From Batkoa obscura (taxonomy: Eukaryota), in assembly GCA_030770535.1 (NCBI GenBank), contig JASVEC010000013.1, positions 1,116,001 through 1,180,000 of the forward strand: a stretch of DNA of 64,000 nt, read 5' to 3'. Each line of letters opens with the position of its first letter. Positions within the stretch are counted from its first letter, which is position 1. Positions 25,944 to 40,167 of the stretch are shown piece after piece. The position numbers were made by a program, and so were the translations under genes. A model generated the notes under the pieces. That model searched no databases, was not told where the DNA came from, and saw nothing but the letters and a program-made list of their open reading frames with translations.

Positions 25944-26799
25944 AAATTCGCTTTTGAAAAAATCAAACCTTATTTGGCTCTTTTTCCTCTTCTAGATCCT
26001 TATCACCTTCCTTTATACTTTGATTACCATAATTTTGATTAATGAATTTTCAATATAGTGAGTTTATAAGACAGTTTGTTTATAATATGTTATATATAAT
26101 ATTGCTCATTCTTTTTTCATACACTAATAAAAGGCTTGGGAGTTATAATTTTAAGATTTTAAAAGAATATTGGTCATTCTTTTAAAACAATTTTCATTTT
26201 CTTCATAATCATAGTTAAATAGTTGCCTAGAGATTTCTCTAATACAAATGTTTTATTTCTTTTCCAGACTGTTTAGTAGTAACTTTTGGAGTTGAATAAT
26301 TTATATAATTGTTTTTCTTGAGCCTAATTCTTATTTATGACAGAATTTCAGCATAAATTTTATTTTAAATGAACGATTAGATTGCTTTTGAAAAAGATGA
26401 AACAGCTGTAATTATATTTTTTGGCCATTTACTTATTCAGCTACTACCGATTCAATTTAAACATAACGTGGGCATTTTCAATTTGTATTTGCTGAGTTTA
26501 ATTGTGAAGCCAGTTTTCTTTTTAGACATTAGCCAATTAATGGAATAAGCTGATATTTAGCTTTTCCTAAAATCCTAGAACTTAAGATAAAAATAAACTA
26601 AAAGATTATTTATATTAACAGTACTTTATAAAGAATAGGCTAGTCCTAAGAAATAAAAATGTGTAAATATAGAATGATTAGTAAAAATACATTAGAATAT
26701 AATGTAAAGTTATAAATTAAAGATCGAATAAGAAAGCAATAAATTTAAAACTAATTTAAAAAACTCAATATCAAATGTTATAAAAGCATATTTAAATAC

Positions 26800-28512
26800 A
26801 TCAGTCTTTGTAAGAAAGTTAAAGTTTCAATAAAAGAGAAGATCTAAAAGGAAAATTAGCCATGAAAATAATAGAGATAATAGACCACAGGCTTTTAGTG
26901 CTGGAGAATTAGGTACAAGGGGAGGGTGGCAAGCGTACGTAGTATAATAACCAAAAATCAATCATGGATTTGCTATATTGGTATCTTTCTCATTACTTTT
27001 GTTACTTTAGAAGGAACTTTTAGACTTAATCTTTTCAATATAGCATTGGATGAACTCAGAGCAAATTTGTTAGCAAGTACTTTTGGGGCCAGTAACTAAT
27101 TTGTTAGGAATTTTGTTTGCTCTCTTATGTTCTAAACTTTTAGATTATTTTGGGCGAAGTGAAATTTTTCTTATTACTTTACTATGCTATCTATTAAGTG
27201 TGGTATTGATTATATCAGCCAATTCTTTATCTTTATTTGCTGCAGGCTATTTTATTTCCACTATAGGTTTAACTGGGTATGAGATTATCAAAATGATTAT
27301 ATTGGCTGATCTAACTTGGTTACCAAGCAGGGGTATTTTAAATAGTATAGATTTTATACCTACGGGTATTAACAGTTGAATATGCACCTTCCTTGCAACC
27401 CCAATTAGTGTTAGCCTTGGGTAAAGATAGGGCTACATAACCCCTCTTATTATATTTGTCCCTTGTATAATACTGTTTTTTGGAATGATATTTTATTTAC
27501 AACACAAAGCTAAAAAGCAAACGGATACATTTGTTGGTAAACAATTCAGCCTTAGTAACGGGATAAAGAAATATATAACGAATTGTATTTAGCTGGATTT
27601 ACATTATTAATTACTGGCTTATTACCATTTAATATTATAGATACACTTAAAAATGGCTGAGATGCCCTAAGTATAACGGTTATAGTTATTGTCAGAGTTA
27701 TTTTACTTATGGTATTAGTTGTATGCGAGTATAAATATGCTAAAATGTCATTAATTTCATTGAAAATATTTCAAAACGAAACCACTTCTGGTTTTATTGA
27801 TTATGTGTTTTGTATCATTAGACGCTGGAATAAACTGGTAGTATCTTTCATTGTACTTTATGGCTTCACCTAGGCTTGATCCAACAAGTACTTCATTGCT
27901 ACTTAAGGGGTATCAGACAGAATATTTAATTTTTGCAATAGCTACTCGAATTTTAACAAAGAACCTTCCAAAATTTAAATACTTAATGATTGCAGGTGCT
28001 GTATTAAATTGCATAGATTTGGAAACAATAACACCAGGAAGGTTCCCTCATTCAACCGATTTGTCAACCCATGTTATACAAATACTTTCTGGAGTTGGAC
28101 AAGCCATAATACATGAATGTATAAATATGATTTGTGAAAGATCGGTACATATAAAAGAAATAGAAGCTACAATTAATACTGTTAAGATAATATAAGGAAT
28201 TGTTAGAACTATTGGAGTTACCACCGCAGGCATAATTTGGACCCAGCTGATGCCTATATTAATTAAATAAAGAGTTGAAGGGGAAATCGATATGGGGGTG
28301 CAGTGGATCAAATGGTTTATATATCATGATTACCAGAAAAGCAATTTGAGCAAGTAATCTCGGCTTATGGAGATGTATAAATGGTACTTTCTAGTATATC
28401 GTGTGCTTTCGCAGCACTCGCATTATTAACTATCATTTTCATGATCAAATCTATTAATGTCCATACTATTCAAAAGTTTGATGGGAGAATTTCAAACGAA
28501 GATGAAGAATAA
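26800..28512 (+). pseudogene. MFS siderophore-iron transporter (ARN/SIT/MirB type) pseudogene
   Basis: SKLLDYFGRSE, IILADLTWLPSRG, G*R*GY (GWRWGY), QVISAYGDV; multiple in-frame stops and frameshifts; start approximate. Confidence 0.8.
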
Positions 28513-28879
28513 TTTTGTTATAGAAAATTATATAGATACATTTCAGCCATCTTTACTATTTTAATGATCTTTATTCACATTAATAAAATAAATAAACGAA
28601 CATGATGTATATTTTAACCTTAACGATTTAAAGTTATCTTTATTTAAACAAAATTAGATTCGATATTGATAACATTTAGTTATTTTATAGAATACATAGC
28701 CTGAAATTTGTGTATTATTTTACGTATAAATACTTAAAAAAATAAAATAGAAAAGAGCATAAAGTGAAACGATAAAAAGAATTAAAAGTCACATGTAATA
28801 ACGATGAAAAGGGGGACTGGAAATAACATATAACGAAAAAGATAAATGTTTAAGTAACATTTTTAAAAATTTAAGATAA

Positions 28880-30519
28880 ATGGAAGAAATAAACAAAAAA
28901 AGGGCAAGTTATATTGAAGGTGATATAGATTATGAAGAAGATGACATAGGGAAAAATGAAAAAGATAAGAAAATCAATAGAAACCCATTCAATAGTAACG
29001 CTTCAATATTAAAATATTTATTAAAAATTAGTGTTGAAAGCTTAAGTAAATCTAAACATAAATTATAAATAAAGTATTACTAATAAAACTAGGAAATTAT
29101 GTATTAGTTCTGGGTATTCGAGGTACTATTAACTTTTTAATAGCTGCCATTAAATATTTGTTATGGTAAATTCAAGCACATTGTTTTAACTAATAGTAGT
29201 AACTATATAATAATAATATAGGAAGAAAAAGGAAGATATTAGTATAGAAAGCTTATATTTGAATCCGGCCATTATAAGAAATGGAAAAGTAATAGGGGGG
29301 TATACTTTTTTATGGAAGTTTTTTAATTTTGTATTTAAAAAATGGGATCTATTTAAAGAAAATCGTTATTTTATTTCAGGTTTATTATTTTACATTAAAC
29401 TGATAATGATTTAACGCTAGTTATATTAGGTATGCTTGCTGGTAGTAGTATATTATTTGAAGTTGAAGAAAGCAGGGTCGACTATTCTTTAATGTTATTT
29501 TTTAGGTATTTATTATTTTATTTACTATTGAATAATAATAATAATCATATTGCTATATAGAATATTACAAACCCAAGTAGAAAAAAGAAAACAGTTGGAT
29601 TTATATAGCAATCTATTATATGTGTTTTCAGATACTTTGATTCATCTTTCACATGCATTATACCCTCAATTTTTAGATCCTTCTATTTTTAATATTTTTA
29701 ATAGATTTGGTAATATACCGCCTGAATCTATTTATGCTAACCAAAGATTATATAATAATCGAAACATTAATTCATCATTGTTAATTCAACAAATTAAAGA
29801 TCAAGGTTTCAATACTAATTATATCAATAATATTGTAACTAAAAATCAACCTTTAAATTGTACTTTTTATCATCCAAATGATATTAATTGTAAATGGGCA
29901 GTAATTAATAAAATTAAGAAAGTAATTAAATTTACGTTACCTGTTTATTTATCAGTCAATTTATTACCAAAAATGGTATTTCAACCCACCCAAATATTAA
30001 ATAAGTAAGTTTGTTATACTATCACTTTATTATTATTAATATATAATTATTAGCCCAAAGAATACATTATTAAAAACGATTCAAAAAAGCATAAGATCTA
30101 CTGGATTTATAAGTATTTATATAGCAATTTATCAGTTTTTGATATGTAAAATACAAAATCAAAGTTTGAATATTATTAATTACCCTATCTCACTATTAAG
30201 TGGTATTTTAATAACAATATTTAGTACTATTAATTTGGAATCGAATCAAAGAAAATTAGATTTAGCAAATTATATGGCACCAAAAGCAGTTAAATCTTTA
30301 ATTAAATTACTTCATTTTTATCGTTTCATACCAACTATAAAATATGTTGAATCTTTATTATTTGTAATATCTTCAGGTTATTTAATGGTAAGTAAACCTT
30401 ATTATTTGAAACTTAATGAAATTAATATAATATTATAGTGGGATTATAAAAATAATTCAGTTTATTTAAAACCAATAGTTAAAAAGGTATTAAAATCCAC
30501 TGTCGACTATTCAATTTAA
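28880..30519 (+). CDS. TMEM135-like membrane protein, divergent paralog (multi-exon)
   Basis: LGIRG, CTFYHPNDINC, LPVYLSVNLLP, SIRSTGF, ESNQRKLDLANYMAPKAVKS; exon layout parallels 19911-21513. Confidence 0.75.
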
Positions 30520-30526
30520 ATAAACT

Positions 30527-30807
30527 TTATTCTATTAAATCATAAGTTACTGTAATTTGAGAGTTTAATACCTCTGCTTCAATTAAATTTGATTCTAATT
30601 TATCTTTTAAATTATTACGTAGCATAAACAACTACAAAATTTAATAAGTCTTACTATATTATTGTTATATTATTAATAATAATCTTACTTCAATATCTTT
30701 TACATTATTTGGTATTTTTGTTTTAATAAATTGATATAATAAAATAACTTTAATATTTTTATCAAATAGTTTAATTACTCTAGTATTATCTAAAAATAAA
30801 TTAATAC

Positions 30808-30844
<37 letters not shown>

Positions 30845-32463
30845 TTACCTGGTAATCTAAATAATATTCTAGTACTATTTTCTTTAGGATCCGGTAGTTC
30901 CAAGGGTTTTACACTTGCTATAATTATGATTTAGTTGATTTTTAGTTTAATTTGTTTATTTTTATTACCAATTATTTCTTCACTTGATTTTATTTCAACA
31001 CAATCGAAGTCTTCCATCATATGATCACCATTGTTAATATTACTATCAATATCTTCATTATCCTCTTCCGAATCTAAAATTTCAATTACATCATCATCAT
31101 TAGCATTATAAGTATCATTATTTAATGAGGCTTTAATTGCAGCTTCAAGCATTTCTTGTTCACTCATTCTATCAAGATTCTAAATAAAATAAAACATTAG
31201 TATTTTATAATAATCTAACAATAATCTAATAACAACTTACTTTAGATACAGTTATATTTAAATCTGGAAACAACTTTTCCCCATTAAATGAATGTTGATT
31301 TAAAAATAACTTCAATTCATTTATAAAATTGAGTGGGTTTAAATCACCAGGGTTGCTCCACACTTTTATTCTTTCTCCTATAACAATATCAATATATTGT
31401 GTATATTATAGTATTATGTAGTTCATTACCAGTTCTAGGATCAATAGCAGCAAAATGAGGAAATGAACGAATGGGGTAAAAATTCTTATAATTAATACCA
31501 TTAGAAGTATTTGAATAATATTCAACAAAAACAAAATAATTTTTAATAATCTGCATAATTGGTTCATTCTTATATATTTTATGAATCATTACTATATTGG
31601 TATTACTATTCATACTAACAATATTATCTTCTCTTGGTATTAGATTTAATAATAAATATCTATCATTTCTTTTTCCTATTTTTCTTGCTTCATCTAAATT
31701 AAGTTTTAAAGCTACTGAGTTTGATATTTCATTAATCTCTCTTTCTTCAATACTCATTCGATGCTCAATTGGGATATTAACTCGGTTTCGAAATATTCTA
31801 TCTCTTCTTCTATTTCGCAACAATCGACTTTGATTTCTCAAATTTTCCCGTATTGTATTAATATCTTCCTCTTCTTCATCGCCAATATCCTCCTCTTCTT
31901 CGCTCCCTATTATTTATTAATATATACTATTATAGTTATTAATCTTTTTACCTATTTCTACTTCATTATGAATTGAGTTTTCACTTTCATTTTCTTCATA
32001 ATCTATCCCTTCATTATCACTTTCATTTTCCTCGCATTCTATACTTCCATTATTACTATTTTCTTCGTCAATGTTGAGCTCTTCTTCAATGTTACTTGGT
32101 TCTTCAGCATTATTTTGTTGAAAATAATCCTCAATTATTTCTATTGAATTAGTGTTATTGTTATTATTATCGGTTGTACTATTCCAACGTTGATGTAAAG
32201 AACGTGCTAAAGCTTCATCCTCAACAATAGAATCATTATTTCTGCTGTTTTCACTATTATCTATAAATATCTTATGAGCAAAATATATATCAAATAATAT
32301 TAAATTTACTCAAAATATTACTATTTTCATTTAAGTGACTAGCTTCATAAAATAAAGTGATAGCATTATTTAAATCACCATCACTCATTTCTAAATAACT
32401 CTTAGCTACATTATTATCGCTGGCTCCTGTAACCATCAGAAATTGTTGTATAGCCTCTTCCAT
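30527..32463 (-). CDS. UBX-domain Cdc48 cofactor (Ubx5/UBXN7-like: UBA, UAS, UIM, UBX), multi-exon
   Basis: IQQFLMVTG..A..YL....DLNNAITLF (UBA); FPHFAAIDPRTGE (UAS); SEQEMLEAAIKASL (UIM); TRILFRLP (UBX). Confidence 0.85.
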
Positions 32464-32700
32464 CTTAACTTCACCTTTAATTTAAATAAAAAATAGTTAA
32501 GCAATACGTAATTTTTATTATATATTGCACTAAGACTTGGCTAAATATTAAAGCAATTAAATAGCCTAAAATATATCCATTTACTATTCTAATTGGTTTT
32601 TTGACTTTCAGTTCAACAATTAGGCACAACATTAGATACTCAATAAGTTAAGATGCTAATGCGTTATGTGTTAATATACATTTGTATAAGATTAAAGTAA

Positions 32701-32773
32701 GCTTCTTTGGCGCAGCTGGCAGCGCGTGAGTCTCATAATCTCAAGGTCGTGGGTTCGATCCCCACAGGGAGCA
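32701..32773 (+). tRNA. tRNA-Met: tRNA-Met (CAU), elongator type
   Basis: Cloverleaf GCTTCTT/AGGGAGC; anticodon loop CTCATAA; G1:C72 and TTCGATC T loop (not initiator). Confidence 0.96.
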
Positions 32774-33167
32774 TTACGAGGAATAATTCCTCCCCTCTTT
32801 TATATGAAAATTGGTTTGGTCCATTAACTTTTTTTGTTAAAGGCAAAGCTTTTATTGTATTTTTTTAAATCTTGAAAGAATTCTAAGCTCCTAGGTGCTT
32901 TATGTCTTTATTATATAACATAAAATTCCAATAGTAAAAATATCACGAAAACCTGTTTTAAAAGATTATTATTTTATTCAACAACTATAAATAATTTTGA
33001 CTTTATTTAAAGATCAATGGTTGTTTAAAAAACTATTACTTTCAAAAAGAACCATTAAATTCAACCAACCTAATTAGCCAATAAAAATAATTTTATATTT
33101 TACAATTTTATTTATAATTTAACAATTATATTAAATATACTGTTTTTACTCAAGAATAGAACAAGGA

Positions 33168-34779
33168 ATGGAAACAGCCAAAAAAGTACAAGCGTTAGTG
33201 GTCGATGCAGGAGCTATCATCAAAAACGGAGTTAGATTTAAAGACTATGCTGATGAGTTTGTTACTATTCAAGAAGTATTGAATGAAATTCGAGACAAAG
33301 AAAGTCGAAGTCAACTCAACTTATTTCCATATGAAATCAAAGTGCGTATCCCTACCCCTGAGGCTATGAAAGCTGGTAAGTCCTATATCTATAGCTTAAA
33401 CAACGATACTCAACCATTTATTAGTTATTGCCTTTTCTAAGAAAACTGGAGACTTTTCTACTTTATCTTCAGTAGATTTAAAGGTTTTAGCCTTAACATA
33501 TATGTTAGAGAAAGAGATTGGAGATATTAGTAAGATTAGAAAAGAGCCTATTAGAGTATGTTGTTTTTTTCACCAGAAATAAATATTAGATATTAACAAA
33601 TCATAGGCAAAAGTTGCGGTTGGTGGCCAAGTTTTAGGAGATAAAAAAGCCAACGTCGAAGATAAAGCTGAAATAAGACAAGAAAATGAAGTAGAGGAAG
33701 ATGAAATACAAGTAAAAGAAAAGGAAGATAAAGAAGTAACAGCAGAAAAAGAAGGAGAGGAAAAGAAAATGGGAGAAAATAACGAAGAAGTTAAATTAGA
33801 TATAATTACTGAAAAAATAAATGACTTGTCTATTAACAATGAAGATGCTAAATCAAATGATGGTAACTTTATTTTCATCATTATTGTTTTTATTTATTTT
33901 ATTTAGCTACATTTGAAACTATTAATGGAGAGGAAACAAAGGATGAAGAAGAAGGTATTAAACATAAACGAAGTATGTAATAAATAATAACCTAATTTTA
34001 AGATGAAGAAAGTGACGGAGAAGGTTGGATTACACCACATAATATTAAAAAAAAGCAAATTGAGTTTATGGGAGATTTAAATGAAAAAGAAGAAACTCGA
34101 AAAGTTGGGTGTATTACTACAGATTTTGCTATGCAAGTAATAGATTTTTTAATTACCGCTATTATCCATTTATTTTAAAACTTGTAGAATGTACTATTAC
34201 AAATGGATTTGGGGCTTATTTCATTAGAAGGATTATCAGTTAAAGAAATTAAAAGCTTTGTATTAAGATGTCACGCATGTTATCAGTAAGCATCAATAGA
34301 ATAAAAGCCAAATACATTTACTAACACATCACAATATAGTGTTACAACAAATATGGAAAAAAGATTTTGTCCTAAATGTGGCGGAAATACATTAACAAGG
34401 GTAACTAGTTCAGTTGATAAAGATGGGAATGTAAGATACTATTTAAAGAAGAATTATCAGTATAATTTAAGAGGGACAAAGGTAATAATTCAAAATATAA
34501 TAAATAAACCAAATAATTAAGTAAATGGTATAGTATAATATACCTACCTTTAAAGGAGGACATAAAAATCAAGATTTGATTTTAGCAGAAGATCAAAAAG
34601 AATACATTAGAGGAATGAAAAATTATTCAAGACGTAAAGAAGTTAATTTATTTGATCCTGATTATTTACCTGGTATTGTCTCTGGTAAACAAAGCAATAC
34701 GTTTTTATTACCAGCTATTGGCTATGGTCGTAAAAATCCTAACCAAGCTAAGCGTAGATCTGGTCGTAAGAAGTCATAA
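33168..34779 (+). CDS. NOB1: 20S pre-rRNA D-site endonuclease Nob1 (multi-exon)
   Basis: PIN domain LVVDAGAII, EIRD, KKTGDFSTLSSVDLKVLALTY; GWITP; TTDFAMQNV; zinc ribbon RCHAC/FCPKCG; GYGRKNPN. Confidence 0.95.
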
Positions 34780-35038
34780 TTACCTGATAATGACTGATAT
34801 TATAGACATATTAACTACATAATAAAATAGAATATAACCTGTTTTAACTGCTTATTAATTGATAGAAAAGAAGACTAATTTATAAAATAGATTAATATTT
34901 ATTAGGCCAATAAAAAACGCATTTTATAACTTACCGATTTTTTCATTTGTTATCTATTATGAAATAAGAAATGCATTAATTGAAATACTATTTGAAACAG
35001 TAAAAGTGAGAAACAGAGAGTATTTTTTAGTAGAATAT

Positions 35039-36016
35039 ATGGTTAAAGGAGTTACTAAAAAAGAGAAGTTAAAAAAAATACAATCTATTTTTACATCGGT
35101 ATTTATTATAATTATTATAAGTATTATGTTATATTTTTTATTTTAGTCCGAATTTTTTCAACTTAAAGAAATTGAAAAAAAGGCTAATAAATTAGGCATT
35201 AGTAAGAGCAATGATATTAATATTACAGTTTAATATTTATTTTTTAGGTGCTCCGTTAGTTAAAGATCTAGTTAATGAACTTGTCAATGACCAATTGATA
35301 GTATGTGAAAAAATAGGTACAAGCAACTATTATTGGGCATTTCCAACCCAATTCTTTAAAAAAGTAAGTTACTTTTTATAAAGAAATAATGATAGTGTTT
35401 TTTTGATTTCATCACTTTTTCCATTTTTAAGCGCTATTTGAGTGGAAAAGCTACCAGTAAAATTCTTAAACAAAAATACATCTCCAATAATGAATTTTAT
35501 TTTAGAAAAAAGAAGAGAATGAAGCAATTAGAAATAAAATTCAAAGTATTCAAGAAATGAATTCCAATTTCAATAGCAAAGTTGAGCAACATAAATCATG
35601 GTTAAAAGACGTAAGATTAATTTATTTAAAAATTATATAATATGTACTTTTATAATAGAGAGATTATGTTGATAAAATGCAACAAAAAGAAAAATTGAAA
35701 ATAATTGTTAATAATTTAACAGTTAAATTTAATCAAATTAAGAGTAATGATCCAGAAATAGTTAAAAGTAAAAGTAAGTTACAGCAAATCAGATTTAAAA
35801 TGATAATAATCATTTTAATAGTGGAAAGTATTCAAAAATTAAAACTAGGGATTATCTTTTGGATTGGTAAATATTGTGATTTTTAATAATAAATAATTTA
35901 ATTATTTAGATAATATAATTGCTATTAAAAAGTATTGTAATAACTACTTTGATTTGAAAGAAGAAGACTTTGACAATTTGTTTAATACTACAAATGATTT
36001 GGATGATTTAATTTAA
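35039..36016 (+). CDS. MND1: Meiotic nuclear division protein Mnd1 (multi-exon)
   Basis: FFQLKEIEK, VKDLVNELVND, EKIGTSNYYWAFP, NDPE, W.DNI. Confidence 0.9.
35392..35486 (+). mobile_element. MITE inside an MND1 intron
   Basis: Family core catcacttttccatttttaagcgctatttgagtggaaa...aaatacatctcc. Confidence 0.75.
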
Positions 36017-36081
36017 TAATAAAAATAAAAATAAACCAAAATATTATAATATAATATAATTAAATAAAAATATAATTTATA

Positions 36082-37665
36082 TCAGTTTATAAGTAAACCA
36101 TTAGCTAAAGTGTCACTTGATTCAAGTAAACTATAAAATATAATATTAAATAATATTATTAAATAAATAATAATTACCTATATTGTTTTAATAAAACACA
36201 TTCACCCCCATTTTCTAAATCAATATTGTATTGATAAAGATAACCTTCTGAAGTAATCACCATTACTTGTGGCGTTGTACTAAAATAAAAAGCAAGTAAT
36301 TATATTATTATATTACTATATTATTATATTATTATATTATACCTTGAAAGAGCTACAATGCTATGTACACCAACGTTTGGTAATTTTAAGAAAGCAAAAT
36401 CTCTTGATGGCTCCCAAATTTCAGTAAATGCTTCGGGTAAATAATTACCCATTGAATTAGCTAATCTCTTTCCTACCATACTATGAAAAGATGTTCTTCT
36501 ATTTAATGGGTTTGATCCTGCTTCACTTTCTTGAATAGAAGTTCCATTATTTGATTTACTTGTATTTGAAAGACGAAAGATGTGTACAGTATCAGTATCA
36601 CTTGATACACATAACAAAGAACTAACCATATTAAAAGAAATTGAGTAAATTTTAGCATTATAAGAACCACGTCGGAATTGAAACAATTTTTGTCCTGAAG
36701 GTAATGAAAACACTCTTATTACTGTACCCTAATAAATATAAACATAAATACAAATAAACATTTGATCCAAGTTATATAATTACTTTGTCCGAGGCAGTAG
36801 CTAACATTGTACCTTCCGGGTTAATACACATATAGCTTATACTCGATTTATGAGCATGAATAATATTAACTACACTTAATGATAAAGTATCAAATATGAT
36901 TATGTCTCCAGTTGAAGTGCCGTTGGTATTATTGTTTGATTGATTTGAAAAAGGAGAATCCTCAGATGGAGTAGGAGCAGGATAAGCAAGATAACCATTT
37001 TCATTTGAAGGTGATAAAGCACAGATTGCTAATGCCATAATCAATTATAAGGATAATGAAAATAAATAAATAAAACTACCCTTTGAATTTTTACCCGTTT
37101 CAATAATATGTAATAATTTCATATTAGAAATGTCGTAACAGTAAATTTGTTCTTTTAATACAACAATCATCCTTTTTCTGTTTAATTTTACTGATAGTAT
37201 AGAATTTGGAAAAGTCAATTCACATATTGTCGATTCTCTCTACATAACATTATAAGTAAAATGATTTAAATTTAAACTTAATCTTACCTTTGTATTGTTG
37301 ATTTGTAGCTTTCTTGGTGAAAAGGCGGGTTTATCCCCAGCGCCAACTAAAGCAACCAATGAGGTATTAAACAACATTTCTACAATTCCAATACCCCCTT
37401 CATCTTTTAAAATAAATTAATGAGCCAATATCATTTTATTACTACTTATTAACTGTTTACTTTTACTGTGACATTTACCAAACGGATCACAATTATAAAT
37501 TTTATATCCTGTTTTATTACCAACCGCAATACAACTTTAATAGTAAATAGTTTAGTATTTTTCAAAAGGGTTTATTAGCTTATAATAGTAAAGATGAAAT
37601 TACCTAAAGTCTTGATTAAAATTGATAAATAGCAATTCGTTGTTACTCTTTCCAATTAAATTCAT
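36082..37665 (-). CDS. ATG18: PROPPIN autophagy protein Atg18 (multi-exon)
   Basis: [48 protein letters not shown] lipid-binding motif, RDFAFLKLP. Confidence 0.95.
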
Positions 37666-38355
37666 TATCTATATTCTTTTTACTAATGATAATAAAAACA
37701 CCGTTTATAAATAGTTTAATAAAATTGTCAAGCTTTAATTTCAATAATTGAAAAAAATGAAAAAATGAAAAGTCATAAGCATTTTATTATCCTTAAATGT
37801 AAGCATAACAATAGTAATAGGTCATACTAAAAATTGCAATTTTTAGCTTAAGCTTAAAAAATAGTGCTTAAAATAAATATTTCATCTGCCCAATAAATAT
37901 AAATTTTTACCCCATAATTTTAGTTTACTAGAGTAACACTTTCATTTCACTGACATTGAATTTATAATGCCGATTTAGCTTTAATAATATTTTTACTGAA
38001 ATTAATGCTTACTTTAATTTCACCACATTTTAAAAACATAAAATGATAAATTTAAGCTTGACTTAATTTAATATAAACTTTTAAGATTATAATTATAATT
38101 ATTAAAATTCAATAAAGCATCTATGTATATATTTATAGAACAATTTAAAATGTTATAAATTAAAAAGTTTAAATTTTAATATTAAGTTATTTTTTATATT
38201 TTAGCATATTTATACATATTGTAGTTTAATAAAAGTAAATAAAGATGTCTAACTTAGTTTTCAAATTTATTTAAAAATTGATCCAAATTTTAAGTTTTCA
38301 AGTTATATGCTTTATATTATTTTTATTAAATGTTTTCAATAAATATATAATATAT

Positions 38356-38452
38356 GGGGATACCTTTTTGTGTAAGGATTTTACTAACAATTTTTCCGTT
38401 CAAATGGCGCTTGAAAAATGGAATAAGTGATGAAACCAAAAAAAACACCCCC
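38356..38452 (-). mobile_element. ~100-bp MITE
   Basis: GGGGATAC...ACACCCCC, ATAT/ATAT flanks. Confidence 0.85.
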
Positions 38453-38719
38453 ATATATATAATTATTTTATTTTACTTCATATTAAAATAAAAATAAAAT
38501 GCAACCTTTTATAATTAAACTTCAAAATAAAAATTTTAAATTTTAAAATAAAAAAAAAAGGCATATAGGGGTATTTTTTTAGTCTTATCACTTTTTCCAT
38601 TTTTTAAGCATTATTTGGGGGTATCCAAATTGGTTTCATTTTTTTATCCAATTTTTAAATATTTTATGTTTTAAAAACTTTGGTTAAAATTCTATAAAAC
38701 GAATTCTTTATTAAAAACC

Positions 38720-39927
38720 AAAAGTGCCCACAACACAATTTTAAATTATTTTTTTATAATTTATATTGTAGGTTAGTGGAATTTCTATTAAATTTAATAC
38801 AAATTCCCGGATTAGCAAGACTTTTACTAGCATAGCCTATATATTGATATTAGTTAAAGTTGCAGTATGTAAACAAATGCATATTCTTATAAAACCTCAT
38901 TGAGAAATATTTATTATTAGCTGCTTTTTTTTACAACCAACATTGCAGATCTGCTATTAAATAAATAAACAATTTTAATATTATAATTACATTATTAATG
39001 TATCACTAAGTTAATAAATAGTTGCATGGGAGGGGAGTGGTTAGCCCCAAAACTATAATTAACCAACCCTATGTAACACAAGCAGTGTAACAATAGTTTT
39101 TACTTATTATTACAACTACTTGCTCTTTGACTATTTATTAACTTAGCCATTAATAATTTAAGTAATACCAACATTTAATAACTAATTTTTATCATTTAAT
39201 AAGCTACTTACCTGTTTACTAAATATTGAAACTTTTAAACTTTCTGTTATTTTTATAAGATAAGCTGGGGTTGATCTTTTAATTTTTCCTATTCTCTATA
39301 GACTCTATAATCTTAATTGGAATCATATCACTTTTTTTTGATCTATCAGATACTGAATAGCAGTATAGTTTATCATTATATTTAATAAAATGTAAGTATT
39401 TATTATTTTTTATTATTTTTTATTATTTTTTATTATTTATTATTATTTTTTATTATTTTTGTTTTTTTCATACTTTAAAAATTATATTTGTTTTTTTCAT
39501 ACTTTAAAAATTATATTTGTTTTATTATTATTAGCAGTTAAATTGTTAATTTTATTATGTCCACAAATAGAGTATTTAAATTTTGAAATTAATTAATATT
39601 TTTTATTTTATTTAATGCTTCAAAACTATTTTTCTATTATGAAAATTTCTAAAATGTTTATCAATTATATTTTTTCTATAGTGCTTAGTAAAAAAAGTGA
39701 GATTTAATATTTAAACTATTATCATTTTATAAATTTTTTTAAATATATAATATAAAAATTTTTATATATTTGTTTATATATTAATTTTTATAAACTTTTT
39801 AAATATTAAATCAATTAGATAATCTTTTACATATTAAATCATAATTTAAAATTACTACATAACTTCCATTATTTAATTTTTTAATAATAGTTTCATTAAA
39901 TATGTTCTTTTAAGTGTTAATATAAAA
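38720..39927. repeat. Left arm of a ~1.2-kb near-perfect inverted repeat (decayed Sola-like 3' region)
   Basis: Reverse complement of 42104-43311, including the (TTATTTTTTA)n microsatellite and a tandem ~31-bp duplication. Confidence 0.9.
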
Positions 39928-39936
39928 TTTGTATAT

Positions 39937-40035
39937 GGGGGTGTTTTTTTTGGCTTCATTACTTTTTCCATTTTTTAAGTGCTATTTCAGCGGAAAGATT
40001 GTTAGTAAAATTCTTAAACAAAAAAACACATCCCC
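39937..40035 (+). mobile_element. ~100-bp MITE
   Basis: GGGGGTGT...ACATCCCC, ATAT/ATAT flanks. Confidence 0.9.
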
Positions 40036-40167
40036 ATATTGCTTGATTAAGTTTACTATTATTAAAAAATTAATTATTAAAATTAATGTAAATGGATTAT
40101 AATGTTTAAATTATATAAGGATGTATTTTTTTATTTAAGAATTTTACTAATAGCCTTTTCATTCAAA

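Noticed and set aside
26800..28512. Stop-codon reassignment or A-to-I restoration of Trp codons
   Set aside because: All three stop types occur, frameshifts are also present, and neighbouring genes use TGG and standard stops
32778..32792. Palindrome GAGGAAT-A-ATTCCTC after tRNA-Met
   Set aside because: A 7-bp stem in the 3' trailer could arise by chance
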